In this document: positions 46,630 to 58,899 of the stretch, piece after piece
How the letters are laid out: every line of letters begins with the position of its first letter
Numbering within the stretch: position 1 is the stretch's first letter
Assembly: GCA_002269645.1 (NCBI GenBank)
Contig: NIVC01001861.1
Location: forward strand, 62,001-126,000
Direction: 5' to 3'
Source: Macrostomum lignano
Taxonomy: Eukaryota
DNA length: 64,000 bases
Made by a program: the position numbers and the translations under genes
Notes under the pieces: generated by a model
What the model saw: the letters and a program-made list of their open reading frames with translations, nothing else
What the model was told of the DNA's origin: nothing
Databases searched by the model: none

Positions 46630-46910
46630 CGGTGATATGAAGTGTCGGAGACATGAAGTGTCGGAGACATGAAGTGTCGGAGACATGAAGTGTCGGAGAC
46701 ATGAAGTGTCGGAGACATGAAGTGTCGGAGACATGAAGTGTCGGAGACATGAAGTGTCGGAGACATGAAGTGTCAGAGACATGAAGTGTCGGAGACATGA
46801 AGTGTCGGAGACATGAAGTGTCGGAGATATGAAGTGTCGGAGTCATGAAGTGTCGGAGACATGAAATGTCGGAAATGTGAAGTGTCAGAGATGTGAAATG
46901 TCGGAAATGC
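46630..46910. repeat. 16-bp minisatellite
   Basis: GAAGTGTCGGAGACAT, about 15 copies. Confidence 0.95.
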
Positions 46911-47157
46911 AAAGTGTAGGAAATGTGAAGTGTCGGGGGGTATCAAGAGTCGTACATATAAGAGGTGCTGTTGTACATATGAAAATTCGGAAATATGAAA
47001 GCAGCCTCCCGTTTAGGCCTATACTCGGTTATATACTTCAATTAATCTTTCGTTTATGCCTTTCGCTACTGGAGATCCGCAGGTCATCTGTCAGAGCAAT
47101 ATAGCACGCTTTCTTTAACGTGTGTGCAGCTCTTCTTGCCGACGTAAAAAATCTATT

Positions 47158-50100
47158 ATGCAACAACAGCAGCTGCGTCTGCCAGTCGACTTGCCGAATT
47201 GGCCAGACTTGCGAAAAATATTATTGATATTGCGTCATAATGATGGCAAAACCTCCACCCTAATGCGATCTCTGGACCTGTTGCAGTCATGCTTTGTTGG
47301 CGGCGGCTGCGGCGGCGACTTAATGGCGGCATCGGTTGGCATCGGCAGGAGTCGGTCGTCCTGCTTTGCCGGTCTCGGCCGTTTCTTAGAAACCTCTCTG
47401 CGGCCGGATGAACGGCGCCAGTTCTTTAGCAGCACCCTGCCGTTTATTGTGGACCGGGTGCTGGCGCTGGAGACGCACAGGGAGACTCTGAATTATTCGC
47501 GCCAGAGTTTGCGTGAGTCGCACTGAAAATAATTATAAGCCTATTGAGTATGATCCTAACCTAAGAATCACCCAAAAAAGACCTATGAATCACCAAAAAC
47601 AGACCTAAAATCACCCTAAACAGATTTTAAGATCACCTAAAAACAGACAAGAATCACCCGAAAAACAGACGTATGAATCAACCAAAGCAGACCTATGAAT
47701 AACCTCAAACAGGCCTTTGAATCACCTTAAACAGACCCATGAATCACCAAAAACAGGCCTATAAATCACCCAAAAACAGACTTATGAATCACCTAAAAAC
47801 AGACCTACGAATCACCCAAAAACAGACTTATGAATCACCTAAAAACAGACCTACGAATCAACCAAAAACAGACCTTAAAATCACCGTAAAACGGACCTAA
47901 TAATCACCTAAGGCTGACTCGCATGAGCCTGTGTACAAGCAAGCCCAATTAGCATTAACGCAAGTATGAATGATCTAATACTGCCTTTAATCCTCTCCCC
48001 GCAGCCGTTGCCGTCCTGCTTAGCCGAAGTTTTATCTCATCTCTAATTGCGTCCGCTTTCCTCTGTTTGATGCCGCCGCATCCGCCTGAACTGTTGGATT
48101 CCATGTCCGACAATAGTTTTGCACCATTCTTTGCCGGCATCCTGTCCACGTGAGTTGCTGGGTGTTACTTTTGTATGAGCAGTGTTTCACAATGGTCATT
48201 AGTGTGTGAGCAGTGTTTCACAATGGTCATTAGTGTGTGAGCAGTGTTTCACAAAGGTCATTAGTGTGTGAGCAGTGTTTCACTGAGGTCATTAGTGTGA
48301 GAGCAGTGTTTCACAATGGTCATTAGTGTGTGAGCAGTGTTTCACGAAGGTCATTAGTGTGTGAGCAGTGTTTCACAATGGTCATTAGTGTGTGAGCAGT
48401 GTTTCACGAAGGTTATTAGTGTGTGAGCAGTGTTTCACGAAGGTCATTAGTGTGTGAGCAGTGTTTCACAATGGTCATTAGTGTGTGAGCAGTGTTTCAC
48501 GAAGGTCATTAGTGTGTGAGCAGTGTTTCACAATGGTCATTAGTGTGTGAGCAGTGTTTCACGAAGGTCATTAGTGTGTGAGCAGTGTTTCACGAAGGTC
48601 ATTAGTGCTGCACAAATCATAAATCATAAAGCTTGAGCAACGCATCCCCACCGCCCCTCAATCCCGCTGCAGCTCCAGCTACCAAGCCGAGAAGCTTCGC
48701 TGCATCCTGGCCTACTTCGAGGAACTCCAGCGTCGGTCCACTGTTGCCAGCCAACTTGAAACTGACGATGAAAAGCTGCTCATTGTTCGATCCGTGCTGG
48801 AACCGGGGCTGCTGCTAGGCTCGGATTACCTGGCCTCCAGCTCCCAGCCCCTGTGCCCGGTGCTGCTTGACCCCGATGCGCCAATCGATCAGGCGGACAC
48901 CGCGCTGCTGCACGTCAACTTCAGCAGCTGCCTGCTCGGGGGCAGCACTCTGCGGACTGGGGTGGCCCAGGTATGCCAGGTCCTCCAAATTTTGTTGCTG
49001 GGCCAGCCTCCCAAGTCCTCAGTTGCTGGGCCAGCCTCCCAAGTTCTCAGTTGCTGGGCCAGCCTCCCAGACCCTCAGTTGCTGGGCCAGCCTCCCAGAC
49101 CCTCAGTTGCTGGGCCAGCCTCCCAGACCCTCAGTTGCTGGGCCAGCCTCCCAGACCCTCAGTTGCTGGGCCAGCCTCCCAGACCCTCAGTTGCTGGGCC
49201 AGCCTCCCAGACCCTCAGTTGCTGGGCCAGCCTCCCAGACCCTCAGTTGCTGGGCCAGCCTCCCAGACCCTCAGTTGCTGGGCCAGCCTCCCAGACCCTC
49301 AGTTGCTGGGCCAGCCTCCCAGACCCTCAGTTGCTGGGCCAGCCTCCCAGACCCTCAGTTGCTGGGCCAGCCTCCCAGACCCTCAGTTGCTGGGCCAGCC
49401 TCCCAGACCCTCAGTTGCTGGGCCAGCCTCCCAGAACCTCAGTTGCTGGGCCAGCCTCCCAAGTCCTCAGTTGCTGGTCCAGCCTCCCAGACCCTCAGTT
49501 GCTGGGCTACCGCCAGCCTCCGAGATCCTCAGTTGCTGGGCCACCGCCAGCCTCCGAGATCCTCAGTTGCTGGGCCACCCTCCCAGATCCTGAGTTGCTA
49601 GGCCACCGCCGCATTCCCAGATTGCAAAAATTAATATATTAACAAACTGCAACTCATTGTCAGGAGGAAGTGAACTTCTGCGTTCACCCCGAGCTGCTGG
49701 TAACGCAGCTGTTCATGGAGGCCATGGAGAGCAACGAGTCCGTATTCGTATTCGGCTACGAGCCATTCAGCTCCTACACCGGCTCGGGCGTGGGCTTCAG
49801 ATTCAGCGGGCGCTTGTCAGAAATGTCTTCGCCTCCTTTTGACCGCTGCCTCGTGTGCATGGACGCTCTGCCGTTCATCTGGTGCCAGCACGAGCAATAC
49901 TACGAATGCAATTTGATGCGAGAACTTAACAAGGCTTTTGTAGGATTCAGGCAGAGCTTCGCTCATGTGAGTGGCTTTTTTCCTGTGTTGCATTTTTTAG
50001 GATATTGCTCTTTGAGTCCCGTCTCATTCTGTTCTCTATTTTCGGGACTGGTTAGAGTCCCGTCTCATTCTGTTCTCTATTTTCGAGACTGGTTTGAGTC

Positions 50101-53100
50101 CCGTCTCATTCTGTTCTTTATTTTCGAGACTGGTTTGAGTCCCGTCTCATTCTGTTCTCTATTTTCGAGACTGGTTTGAGTCCCGTCTCATTCTGTTCTT
50201 TATTTTCGAGACTGGTTTGAGTCCCGTCTCATTCTGTTCTCTATTTTCGGGGACTGGTTTGAGTCCCGTCTTAGTCTGTTCTCCATTCTGCCTTTCTATT
50301 ATGATGCCCCCTTTCAATTTTCTGTTTCAAAAAAGATCCCCTACTCACTGCTTGAACAATATTTCCCATACAATTCGTATTTTTCTAGATCCCCAAGCAG
50401 GCGCCGCAGCCAGCGGACCAGGGCCCCCTGTCCATGTTGGAGCTGGCCGCCGCCCCCTCGCCTCATCCTCATCGGCGGCCTCCTACTCAAGCTCAGCCCC
50501 AGCCTCCTCATCATCATCCTCGAACCCCCGCCTCGGCCTCCGCATCAACTTCCGGTGCTGTCGTCATCGACTGGACTAATCGTAGGCGCAGCAGCGGCGC
50601 CGCCTCGTCGGCGTCGTCCTCGACGCCCTCCTGGCAGCAGCAGCGCGGCAGTCATTCGTCTTCGTCGTCGTCCGCCTCGCGTCGGAGCAGCTCCCGTAAC
50701 TCCAGCCAGGTGAACGCGTCCGAACTGGAAGAATTCCTGCAGCAGGGCGGCCGCAGGACCATCGCCGAGGAGGCCATCATCGAGGCGGATGTGGCGACGG
50801 CTGGGAATGGCGGCGACTATCACAGCCAGGAGCAGCCGGGTAGCAACGGCGTTGGGAACAGCAGCGGCAACAACAAAGTCGAACCGGCAAAGCCTGTCGC
50901 GGACGTCGGCCTGGGCAGCAGCAAGCTGTCCACCATGCTTCAGCGCAGGCGCAACAGCTCGCCGCTGCGTCGGCCGCCTAGCAACGGCGAACAGCGTCGT
51001 CGTAGGCGTCGCCGACTATCGGCTAGGCGCGACAGTTCACCTGCGGCCTCGCCGCCGCTTGTCTTCATTGACGATTGTCGACGACGCAGAGAAGCAGCTA
51101 CGGCGACAGCGGCGGCCGCCCTCTTAGACTCGCTGCTTCGCCAGGCTATGCTGGAGGCCGCAGCCGCTCTGGCCGCCAACGCCGCCACCGAGAAGACCAA
51201 GAGGAATAATCGAACAAAGAAAAAGAAGCCGAAGCACCAATCTAGTTTGTCTTCGACTGCCAGAGCTTATCTGCCTAGCGGCGACCAGCGCCAGCAGCAG
51301 CTGTTCAGCGTCGACGCCTGCGGCAATCTGGCGGAGCCGAGGCTGCACCGGCTGGCTGGCCGGGTGGCCGATCGGGCCGTGGCCTCCGCTTTGCTGGTGC
51401 TGCGCCATCGGGCCCTGTGCCCCAGCCAGGCCTGCTGCCAGCGCCGGCATCGGCAGCAGCTGAGCCATGCCGACCAGCAGGCCGAGCTGGCCTTTGTTGA
51501 CGCTGTCGACGGTCTGGCCAGTCGGATGGCCCACCGGATTGTGGCGCAGGCTGTGCCGGAGGCGGCCCGGACCTACAGCGACTCGTTGCACGTGAGTTTC
51601 TGGCTGGATTGTGCTGTGCTCATTGAGTTCTCTACCAATGGCTTCTCTACCCACTGTGCTCATTGAGTTCTCGACCAATGGCTTCTCTACCCACTGTGCT
51701 CATTGACTTCTCTACCAATGGCTTCTCTACCCACTGTGCTCATTGACTTCTCGACCAATGGCTTCTCTACCCGCTGTGCTCATTGAGTTTTTTACCCACT
51801 GCTTCATTCCAGTGCCATGAACTTGCTTCGCTTGTACCTCGCGGCGTTGCCACCGGCAACTGGGGCTGCGATTCAAGCGGCGGCGACCCCCAGCTAAAAT
51901 CGCTGCTGCAGTGGATGGCGGCTTCGCTAAATCAGCTGCCGGTCTATCAGTACCATTCGCTGGGCAATTCCCGGATGGGACAGGTGTGTGTTACATCTTG
52001 TTATCGAAATCTTATGTATTTATACCTCGTAAATATGAGTTTTCATGTATCAAAAAGGGGAGCCCCGATCCCAGTACTGGAAATCTTGTTCTTTAACATT
52101 GAAAATCCGGATACGGAAATCCCGCTTCTAAACATGGTTCTCGTTCTAAAATCTCGTTCTAAACGACGAAAGTCCTGTTCCTAAAATATCTTCCTTAATG
52201 TGAGAAATCCAGTTTCTAAACGTAAGAAATCGCGTTTTTAAGCATCGGAAATCCCGTTCCTAAACGCAGGAAACCCTATTTCTAAGGAAATCCCTTTTAC
52301 AAGAAATAGTAATCCTGTTTCTAAACATGGAAAACCCTGTTTCTAGGCATAGAAAATCCCGTCTATAAGTATGAGAAATCCTGTTTCTAAGCAAGGGAAA
52401 TCTGTTTCTAATCGTGGGAAATCCCATTTCTAAGCTTGAGAAATCACATTTCTAAGCATGGGAAATCCCGTTTCTAAACATGGGAAATCGCATTTCTAAG
52501 CATGGGAAATCCCGTTTCTAAGCATGGGAAATCCCGTTTCTAAGCATGTGAAATCCCGTTTCTAAGCATGGGAAATCCTGTTTCTAAGCATGGGAAATCC
52601 AGTTTCTAAGCATGGGAAATCCAGTTTTTAAGCATGGGAAATCCCATTTCTAAGCTTGAGAAATCACATTTCTAAGCATGGGAAATCCAGTTTTTAAGCA
52701 TGGGAAATCCCATTTCTAAGCTTGAGAAATCGCATTTCTAAGCATGGGAAATCCCGTTTCTAAGAATTGGAAATCGCGTTTCTAAGCATGGGAAATCCTG
52801 TTTCTAAGCTAGGGGAATTCCATTCCACTGAATGTTGGAAAACTCAATTTCTAATTGTCCCATCATCCCAGTACTAATAAAAGAAAATTCTGTCCATTTT
52901 CATGCGGCTCACTGTCTGCCTCTTCCCCCTTCCTCGATCCCCATCCCCCAGTTCGACGAACTCAGCAACCAGCTGCAGGCTCAAGCCTGGTCCGTGGGCC
53001 GACTTTGGCAGCAAGTCCAGGCCTACAGCCAGGTGGCTCTGAAGGAGCAGGAGCGATTAGAGCGGGTTGAGACCAGCCTGTTTGCTTACCTGCTGGCGCA

Positions 53101-53128
53101 GCTGTCTGCACATGCTGCTTCTGAATAA
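47158..53128 (+). CDS. PARG: Divergent poly(ADP-ribose) glycohydrolase (PARG family), 7 exons, apparent 1-nt frameshift in exon 2
   Basis: Exons 47158-47512, 48005-48149, 48673-48970, 49664-49966, 50389-51591, 51813-51983 and 52952-53128. Motifs: ASAFLC, YQAEKLRCILAYF, VNFSSCLLGGS...Q|EEVNFCVHPELL, YTG, MDA, RELNKAFVGF, ATGNWGC, GGDPQLKSLLQWMAAS. Confidence 0.88.
47560..47910. repeat. ~23-bp degenerate minisatellite (PARG intron 1)
   Basis: AATCACC(C/T)AAAAACAGAC(C/T)TATG unit. Confidence 0.9.
48179..48607. repeat. 31-bp minisatellite (PARG intron 2)
   Basis: AGCAGTGTTTCAC(AAT/GAA)GGTCATTAGTGTGTG, about 14 copies. Confidence 0.95.
48993..49590. repeat. 28-bp minisatellite (PARG intron 3)
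   Basis: CCTCAGTTGCTGGGCCAGCCTCCCAGAC, about 20 copies. Confidence 0.96.
50012..50272. repeat. 41-bp minisatellite (PARG intron 4)
   Basis: GAGTCCCGTCTCATTCTGTTCTCTATTTTCGAGACTGGTTT, about 6 copies. Confidence 0.94.
51617..51800. repeat. 40-bp minisatellite (PARG intron 5)
   Basis: CATTGAGTTCTCTACCAATGGCTTCTCTACCCACTGTGCT, about 4.5 copies. Confidence 0.93.
52200..52810. repeat. ~22-bp minisatellite (PARG intron 6)
   Basis: TTCTAAGCATGGGAAATCCCGT, degenerate toward the left. Confidence 0.92.
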
Positions 53129-53614
53129 ATCAATTTTTATTGAGATTTACGCACAGTTCTTGAGCAGAGATCAGTAAGGAGTTTGTGCTCTTTTTTCATG
53201 TATTTTGTCATTTTTTCACTTTTTTACTATTTATTTCCCCCATAGCTCCTCACTGTTGAGTATAATCCGGATTCTGTTTGTAAGCAATTAGATTTCTCTT
53301 TTATAAGTTCCTTTTTTATTTCACCATATTATGCATCCTGCTCAACCTACTTGAGTAGGTAAATTAGTGACCGTATTTGAGAGTCAGTCGGTATTTCGTA
53401 GTTATTATTAATTATAGAAACTTTTTGGTCTATTTATCGCGCACTTTGACTACTTTTTGTTTCAGTAGTGTAGTGTGTGTGTGTTTGAGTTGTGCTTGCG
53501 ATAGGGTAGGATGTTTTTGGCGTTTCTTTGTCGCACTGATTGACTTTTTCTATTTCTGTTAATCGGCAATGTTTATCTGGTAGAATTCAAATCAATGCCA
53601 TTTAGCAAGTAATT

Positions 53615-54298
53615 GTAGCACTGTCAGCTAGATCAGAGTGAGTAGTGTGACACTGCCAGCTAGATCAGAGTGAGTAGTGTGACACTGTCAGCTAGATCAG
53701 AGTGAGTAGTGTGACACTGTCAGCTAGATCAGAGTGAGTAGTGTGACACTGTCAGCTAGATCAGAGTGAGTAGTGTGACACTGTCAGCTAGATCAGAGTG
53801 AGTAGTGTGACACTGTCAGCTAGATCAGAGTGAGTAGTGTGACACTGTCAGCTAGATCAGAGTGAGTAGTGTGACACTGTCAGCTAGATCAGAGTGAGTA
53901 GTGTGACACTGTCAGCTAGATCAGAGTGAGTAGTGTGACACTGTCAGCTAGATCAGAGTGAGTAGTGTGACACTGTCAGCTAGATCAGAGTGAGTAGTGT
54001 GACACTGTCAGCTAGATCAGAGTGAGTAGTGTGACACTGTCAGCTAGATCAGAGTGAGTAGTGTGACACTGTCAGCTAGATCAGAGTGAGTAGTGTGACA
54101 CTGTCAGCTAGATCAGAGTGAGTAGTGTGACACTGTCAGCTAGATCAGAGTGAGTAGTGTGACACTGTCAGCTAGATCAGAGTGAGTAGTGTGACACTGT
54201 CAGCTAGATCAGAGTGAGTAGTGTGACACTGTCAGCTAGATCAGAGTGAGTAGTGTGACACTGTCAGCTAGATCAGAGTGAGTAGTGTGACACTGTCA
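53615..54298. repeat. Highly homogeneous 32-bp tandem array
   Basis: GTGACACTGTCAGCTAGATCAGAGTGAGTAGT, about 21 almost identical copies, no spacers. Confidence 0.97.
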
Positions 54299-54694
54299 GT
54301 TAAATTTATATTTCAGTACAATCCTATATACAATCAACTGTTTCCTTATTTTAGTTAAATATTGAAATACTCGTATCGACCTTTTACATAAGGCGCGCTT
54401 TGTTATTAGTTGGCTAAGATTGATACAAAGTATTCATATACGAGCGTGTATTCTTGCTAAAGCTTGCTCTTTCATACTGTTATAGCTATGTAATTAGAAC
54501 GCGTTTTGTGAATGCACGTTTAGCTTAGAGTTTTGCAACACCTTTAGCATTTTGTCGTATTACCATTTTGTGTTTTTTCATATTTTTCCTCATATACTCG
54601 TACGTTAGTAGTCTGTCGCTCATTATATTGCCCTTGGTCACTCACCCCGCACTATCGGTTGCAACAGGCTGTTTATTCAACGGGTGCTAAATCC

Positions 54695-55212
54695 AAGTCA
54701 CCCAGGTGATCAGTCGGTTGGTCACTCAGGTGATCAATCAGTTGGTCACTCAGGTGATCAATCAGTTGGTCACGCAGGTGATCAATCAGTTGGTCACGCA
54801 GGTGATCAATCAGTTGGTCACGCAGGTGATCAATCAGTTGGTCACTCAGGTGATCAGTCAGTTGGTCACTCAGGTGATCAATCAGTTGGTCACTCAGGTG
54901 ATCAATCAGTTGGTCACTCAGGTGATCAGTCAGTCAATTGGTCACTCAGGTGATCAGTCAGTTGGTCACTCAGGTCAGGTGATCAGTCAGTTGGTCACTC
55001 AGGTGATCAATCAGTTGGTCACTCAGGTGATCAGTCAGTCAATTGGTCACTCAGGTGATCAGTCAGTTGGTCACTCAGGCCAGGTGATCAGTCAGTTGGT
55101 CACTCAGGTCAGGTGATCAGTCAGTTGGTCACTCAGGTCAGGTGATCAGTCAGTTGGTCACTCAGGTCAGGTGATCAGTCAGTTGGTCACTCAGGTCAGG
55201 TGATCAGTCAGT
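54695..55212. repeat. 24-bp minisatellite
   Basis: GGTGATCA(A/G)TCAGTTGGTCACTCA, with 29-bp variants at the right. Confidence 0.95.
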
Positions 55213-55857
55213 ACTGGAGGTTTCATCCCCTAACTTTGCAGGCTACCTCAGTCCCAGCTCCAAAGTACTTTGCGCTCTGATCTCAGCCGTTCTTCATTGC
55301 CGCACAGACAAGCTGTTTAATCTGTGCGAATATTTTGTCTTGCCCGATTTCCTGAGCCTAGAAAAATTGAGTTTAAATTATACAATTTTGAGTTGTCCAA
55401 AAAATTCATTGCTGACCCGGCTTTCAAATTGGCAGTTGTGTACAGACACCCGCATCATGGGCCATTGCATCCTGTCATATTGATTATAATCGTGTAGCAT
55501 TCGTACGCCTCCGCTGCCAGTAGTGCGATGCGCGTTTTCTGGGCTTTTCTTCTCTTGTATACTAGGAATTCGTTCTTTAAATAGCCTACGGTTGACAGTC
55601 ATATCTTGGTTTGTAGTTTTTTGTGTATGATGTCATGTTAACTAGTGACCAGTTTGATCCAAAACTGACTGTGTTTCACTTATGCAAAGAATGGAGTGAA
55701 GCAGTTTTAACTTTGTGCCTGTGTGTACTCTGAGTATAATTATATCTATAATTTATGGGTGTTTAATATTGGTTGTTAGTTTCTCTAATGTGACATCATA
55801 TTTCTAATTGATTAAAAAGTATTGGTCTCAGCTGTGTTGTTTAACAGCTAATTATAT

Positions 55858-56312
55858 TATACCTTTTTGCGATCTAGTTTGCCAAAACTGCCACCTAGTT
55901 TGCCCATAGCAAAGAAAACACCACAGACATTTATATCAAGATCAAAGAATGGCCCAGCGTGGACCTTATAACAGGATTTCAGCGAAGGACCGGCAGCGAT
56001 TGATTCAAGCATATCAGGATGGAGAGGACTGGCAAGATTTCGATAGGCTGTTGGGCATCTCACGAAGAACCGTGACTTACATAGTATAGTATAGAGCCTC
56101 TGCATCGCGGAGGTGCCAAGCGGAGGCACCCCTTAACAATGCTATGATTGAGAGCATTTGTGCCTACGTTTACCATTATAAACTCGCTGTTTATTGTTCA
56201 CTGTTACAGTTTATTTCGTCACACTTCCGAATTGATTCTCAATAAAAATGCTTGCTATGGGCAAACTAGGTGGCAGTTTTAGCAAAATTGGTTGCAGTTT
56301 TTAAAGAGTTAT
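55858..56312 (+). mobile_element. Internally deleted Tc1/mariner (IS630-like) element retaining an HTH fragment
   Basis: TIRs ...AAAACTGCCACCTAGTTTGCCCATAGCAA / TTGCTATGGGCAAACTAGGTGGCAGTTTT. The plus frame reads RGPYNRISAKDRQRLIQAYQDGEDWQDFDRLLGISRRTVTYIV*. Confidence 0.75.
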
Positions 56313-56461
56313 CTGTGGCTGAAACTCTGGTCATGACTCAGCAGACTTGGCCGACTAAACGCGTTTGAATGGCAAATCGAATTGTTTATTTATTTAACAG
56401 TTAATTTTCTCAACTGAGAACTGCAGGCATTGGAGTTGTCACCATATTTTTTTAATTGTTA

Positions 56462-56620
56462 GGGGGCTGAGTAGGCTTAGCGGTAAACGCGCCCATGACC
56501 CCTGGTTCGATTCCGTGCGCGTGGCTTCGTTCGCACCCAAGGCACAGAGATGTACATGCCCGACGATTAGAAAGTCAAAGGGCTTGTACACCCTGTGTGA
56601 GCGTGTGAACTAGAAAATGA
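56462..56620 (+). mobile_element. Second tRNA-derived SINE-like sequence (different family)
   Basis: A-box-like TAGGCTTAGCGG and B-box GGTTCGATTCC. It lacks a complete cloverleaf and its body differs from the CORE-SINE. Confidence 0.55.
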
Positions 56621-56861
56621 ACTAAAATATTCCATGGAAATTAAACCAATTCATTTTTGGCAAAACAGTATGTATTTGATGTACTCATAGAAGCTGTCAA
56701 GGTTTGTTCAGTCCGGCATCAATTAAAGAGTTAAAGAGTAAGCCACGAACCATGAGTTGAGTCAGTTGATCTACTTCTCAAGTTTCTCGCGCATTGTTAT
56801 TGTACTCGTGTTACAAGATTACCATGGGGCGAGAGGAGTCCTACTGACTGCACGATTTTGG

Positions 56862-57210
56862 CGCCAAAATAGCGCCATAGTCAATATTTCAGCGCCAAAA
56901 AAGCGCCGTAGTCAATATTTTAGCGCCAAAATAGCGCCATAGTCAATATTTTAGCGCCAACTTAAAGGTGTAGCCAAAATATTAGCGCCAAAATAGCGCC
57001 ATAGTCAATATTTTAGCGCCAAAATAGCGCCATAGTCAACATTTAAGCGCCAAAATATCGCCGTAGTCAATATTTTAGCGCCAAAATAGCGCCATAGTCA
57101 ATATTTTAGCGCCAAAATAGCGCCATAGTCAATCTTTTAGCGCCAAAATATCGCCGTAGTCAATATTTTAGCGCCAAAAAAGCGCCGTAGTCAAGACTTT
57201 AGCGCCAACT
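56862..57210. repeat. 31-bp minisatellite
   Basis: GCCAAAATAGCGCCATAGTCAATATTTTAGC, about 10 copies. Confidence 0.94.
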
Positions 57211-58899
57211 TCATGAATCCAGGGGGTAGCTGCATAATACAGATGACATATATTAAAAGCATTGGATATTTTTGAAAATTTTACTCCTAAGTAATGTGTG
57301 CTCAAAAAGCTGGAATATCACGCTTTTGTATGTTCTCTATAATCCTAAGTGTAGGGAATTTCCCCGAGTTCATCATCATCTGTCGCGCCATATGCCTCCC
57401 TCACGCTGAAAGGAAGCTGAGACGCCCCATCCCCGAGAATAAAGGCTGGGTTAATTCGTTACACTTCCTTGAGGTTTTTTCTCGCTTTTTTCGCTAGCGA
57501 ACTGCGCTAAACTAGCTAAAAGTCGCCGATGAAATTTGAAAGGGTTGGTGTGGTGGGGCAGCGATGCCTCTTGAGCTGGAAGCTGAAGTTCCGGCCACCG
57601 CACCTGCCCCGCAGTCCCGCGCCTGTCTTTTTTTATGCAATAATTGCCTGCATTCAGCAACGCTTTTTTACGCTTCAAGTGGCGCTTCGATTCCTTCGAA
57701 TTCCTTTCTTCATTTGAAGCTTGATACACTCGCTGGAAATCTATAAATCTGTCAGGCTATTCTTCTTCTAGGCCTCTATAAATCTAAAAGTCACACTGTC
57801 GTGTATATCGCTGGGATTTGGTTGTAGTAGTAGTTGTATTTTTTTAATCTAAAATTTCCGTAGCAGATTGCAGACTGACTCTTGAGCCACGACCCCTGCT
57901 TCGAGTGTACATGTGTGACGTATGAGTGCTGCCTGACTGCGTACAGTATTGGCGCGCTTATAATGTGCTCAGAAGTCAGCGGAATGGGCAGAATTGCCCG
58001 GAGGTGCTCATCATCAGGCATGTACAGTTGTACACTCTCATAGGCCTCTCACAAGCCTTTGACGCAGGAGTCGGAAACCATTGAACTGCTCTGCCGGCCC
58101 TCTCTTATCTCTATGATTTTCAAGAGAGAGAGAGACTGATCTCCGCCATCAGTGCGGCAGCTGGATTTCAGAACTGCCCCCCCCCCCACTCCCTTGGCTC
58201 CTCCCAATCTCGTTTCAGCATCATCAGCATCATCATCATCATCCATTTGGTTCTCAGCAGGGGGGAGCGCATTGCGGCGCAGTGGGCTTCGCAATATTCG
58301 GAAAGCAGAGAGAGAGAGAGACGGAACTTGAAGGTGCTCATTATCATAATCCCGCGGCCGCGTCACCCCCCGCCGAGCGGCCGGTCCAACTTTGGGATTA
58401 AAGAGAGCGGGGAGGAGAGTGCCTGTGTTTAGCGTTCGAAAAGCGCGATTACCTGGTGCCGCTAATTGGCCCGGACCCAGTGCGAGATTCGGATAAAAAG
58501 CGGCACAGTTTAAATAATAATTGTTCGACATATTGAGCAGAGCGAGAATTGCCCTGAGGCGGGTGCGGGGGGGCTGCGGCGCTGGCGGCTGTCCGTCTGC
58601 CACCGAAATTGTTTTTCTGTCCACCGGAATTTCGGGAATTTCGTCCATTAACGCGTGTCATATAGGGTTGGGACAATGGGGAATTACGCGTGACTGTCTC
58701 GTCTCTGGTTCCTTTCGTTGCATGGATATTGTCCATGCATTTTGACTGCGCTGGGCGAATATTTACTCTTATGATTTCCAGTTAAGTGCTAGAAATGACA
58801 GAGACTTTGTAATACTTGTCTTTGGAGCAATTAATCAATTAAGAGCGTAATCCCGAAAAAAATATCCCAATATCTCTAATCTCAGTTTTGATCACACAA

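Noticed and set aside
48971-49663. Repetitive extension of PARG exon 3
   Set aside because: The donor at 48970 joins Q to EE at 49664 in phase; the intervening 28-bp array is intronic.
53615-54298. CRISPR-like array (32-bp partly palindromic repeats)
   Set aside because: No unique spacers, no cas genes, and the context is eukaryotic. It is a plain tandem repeat.
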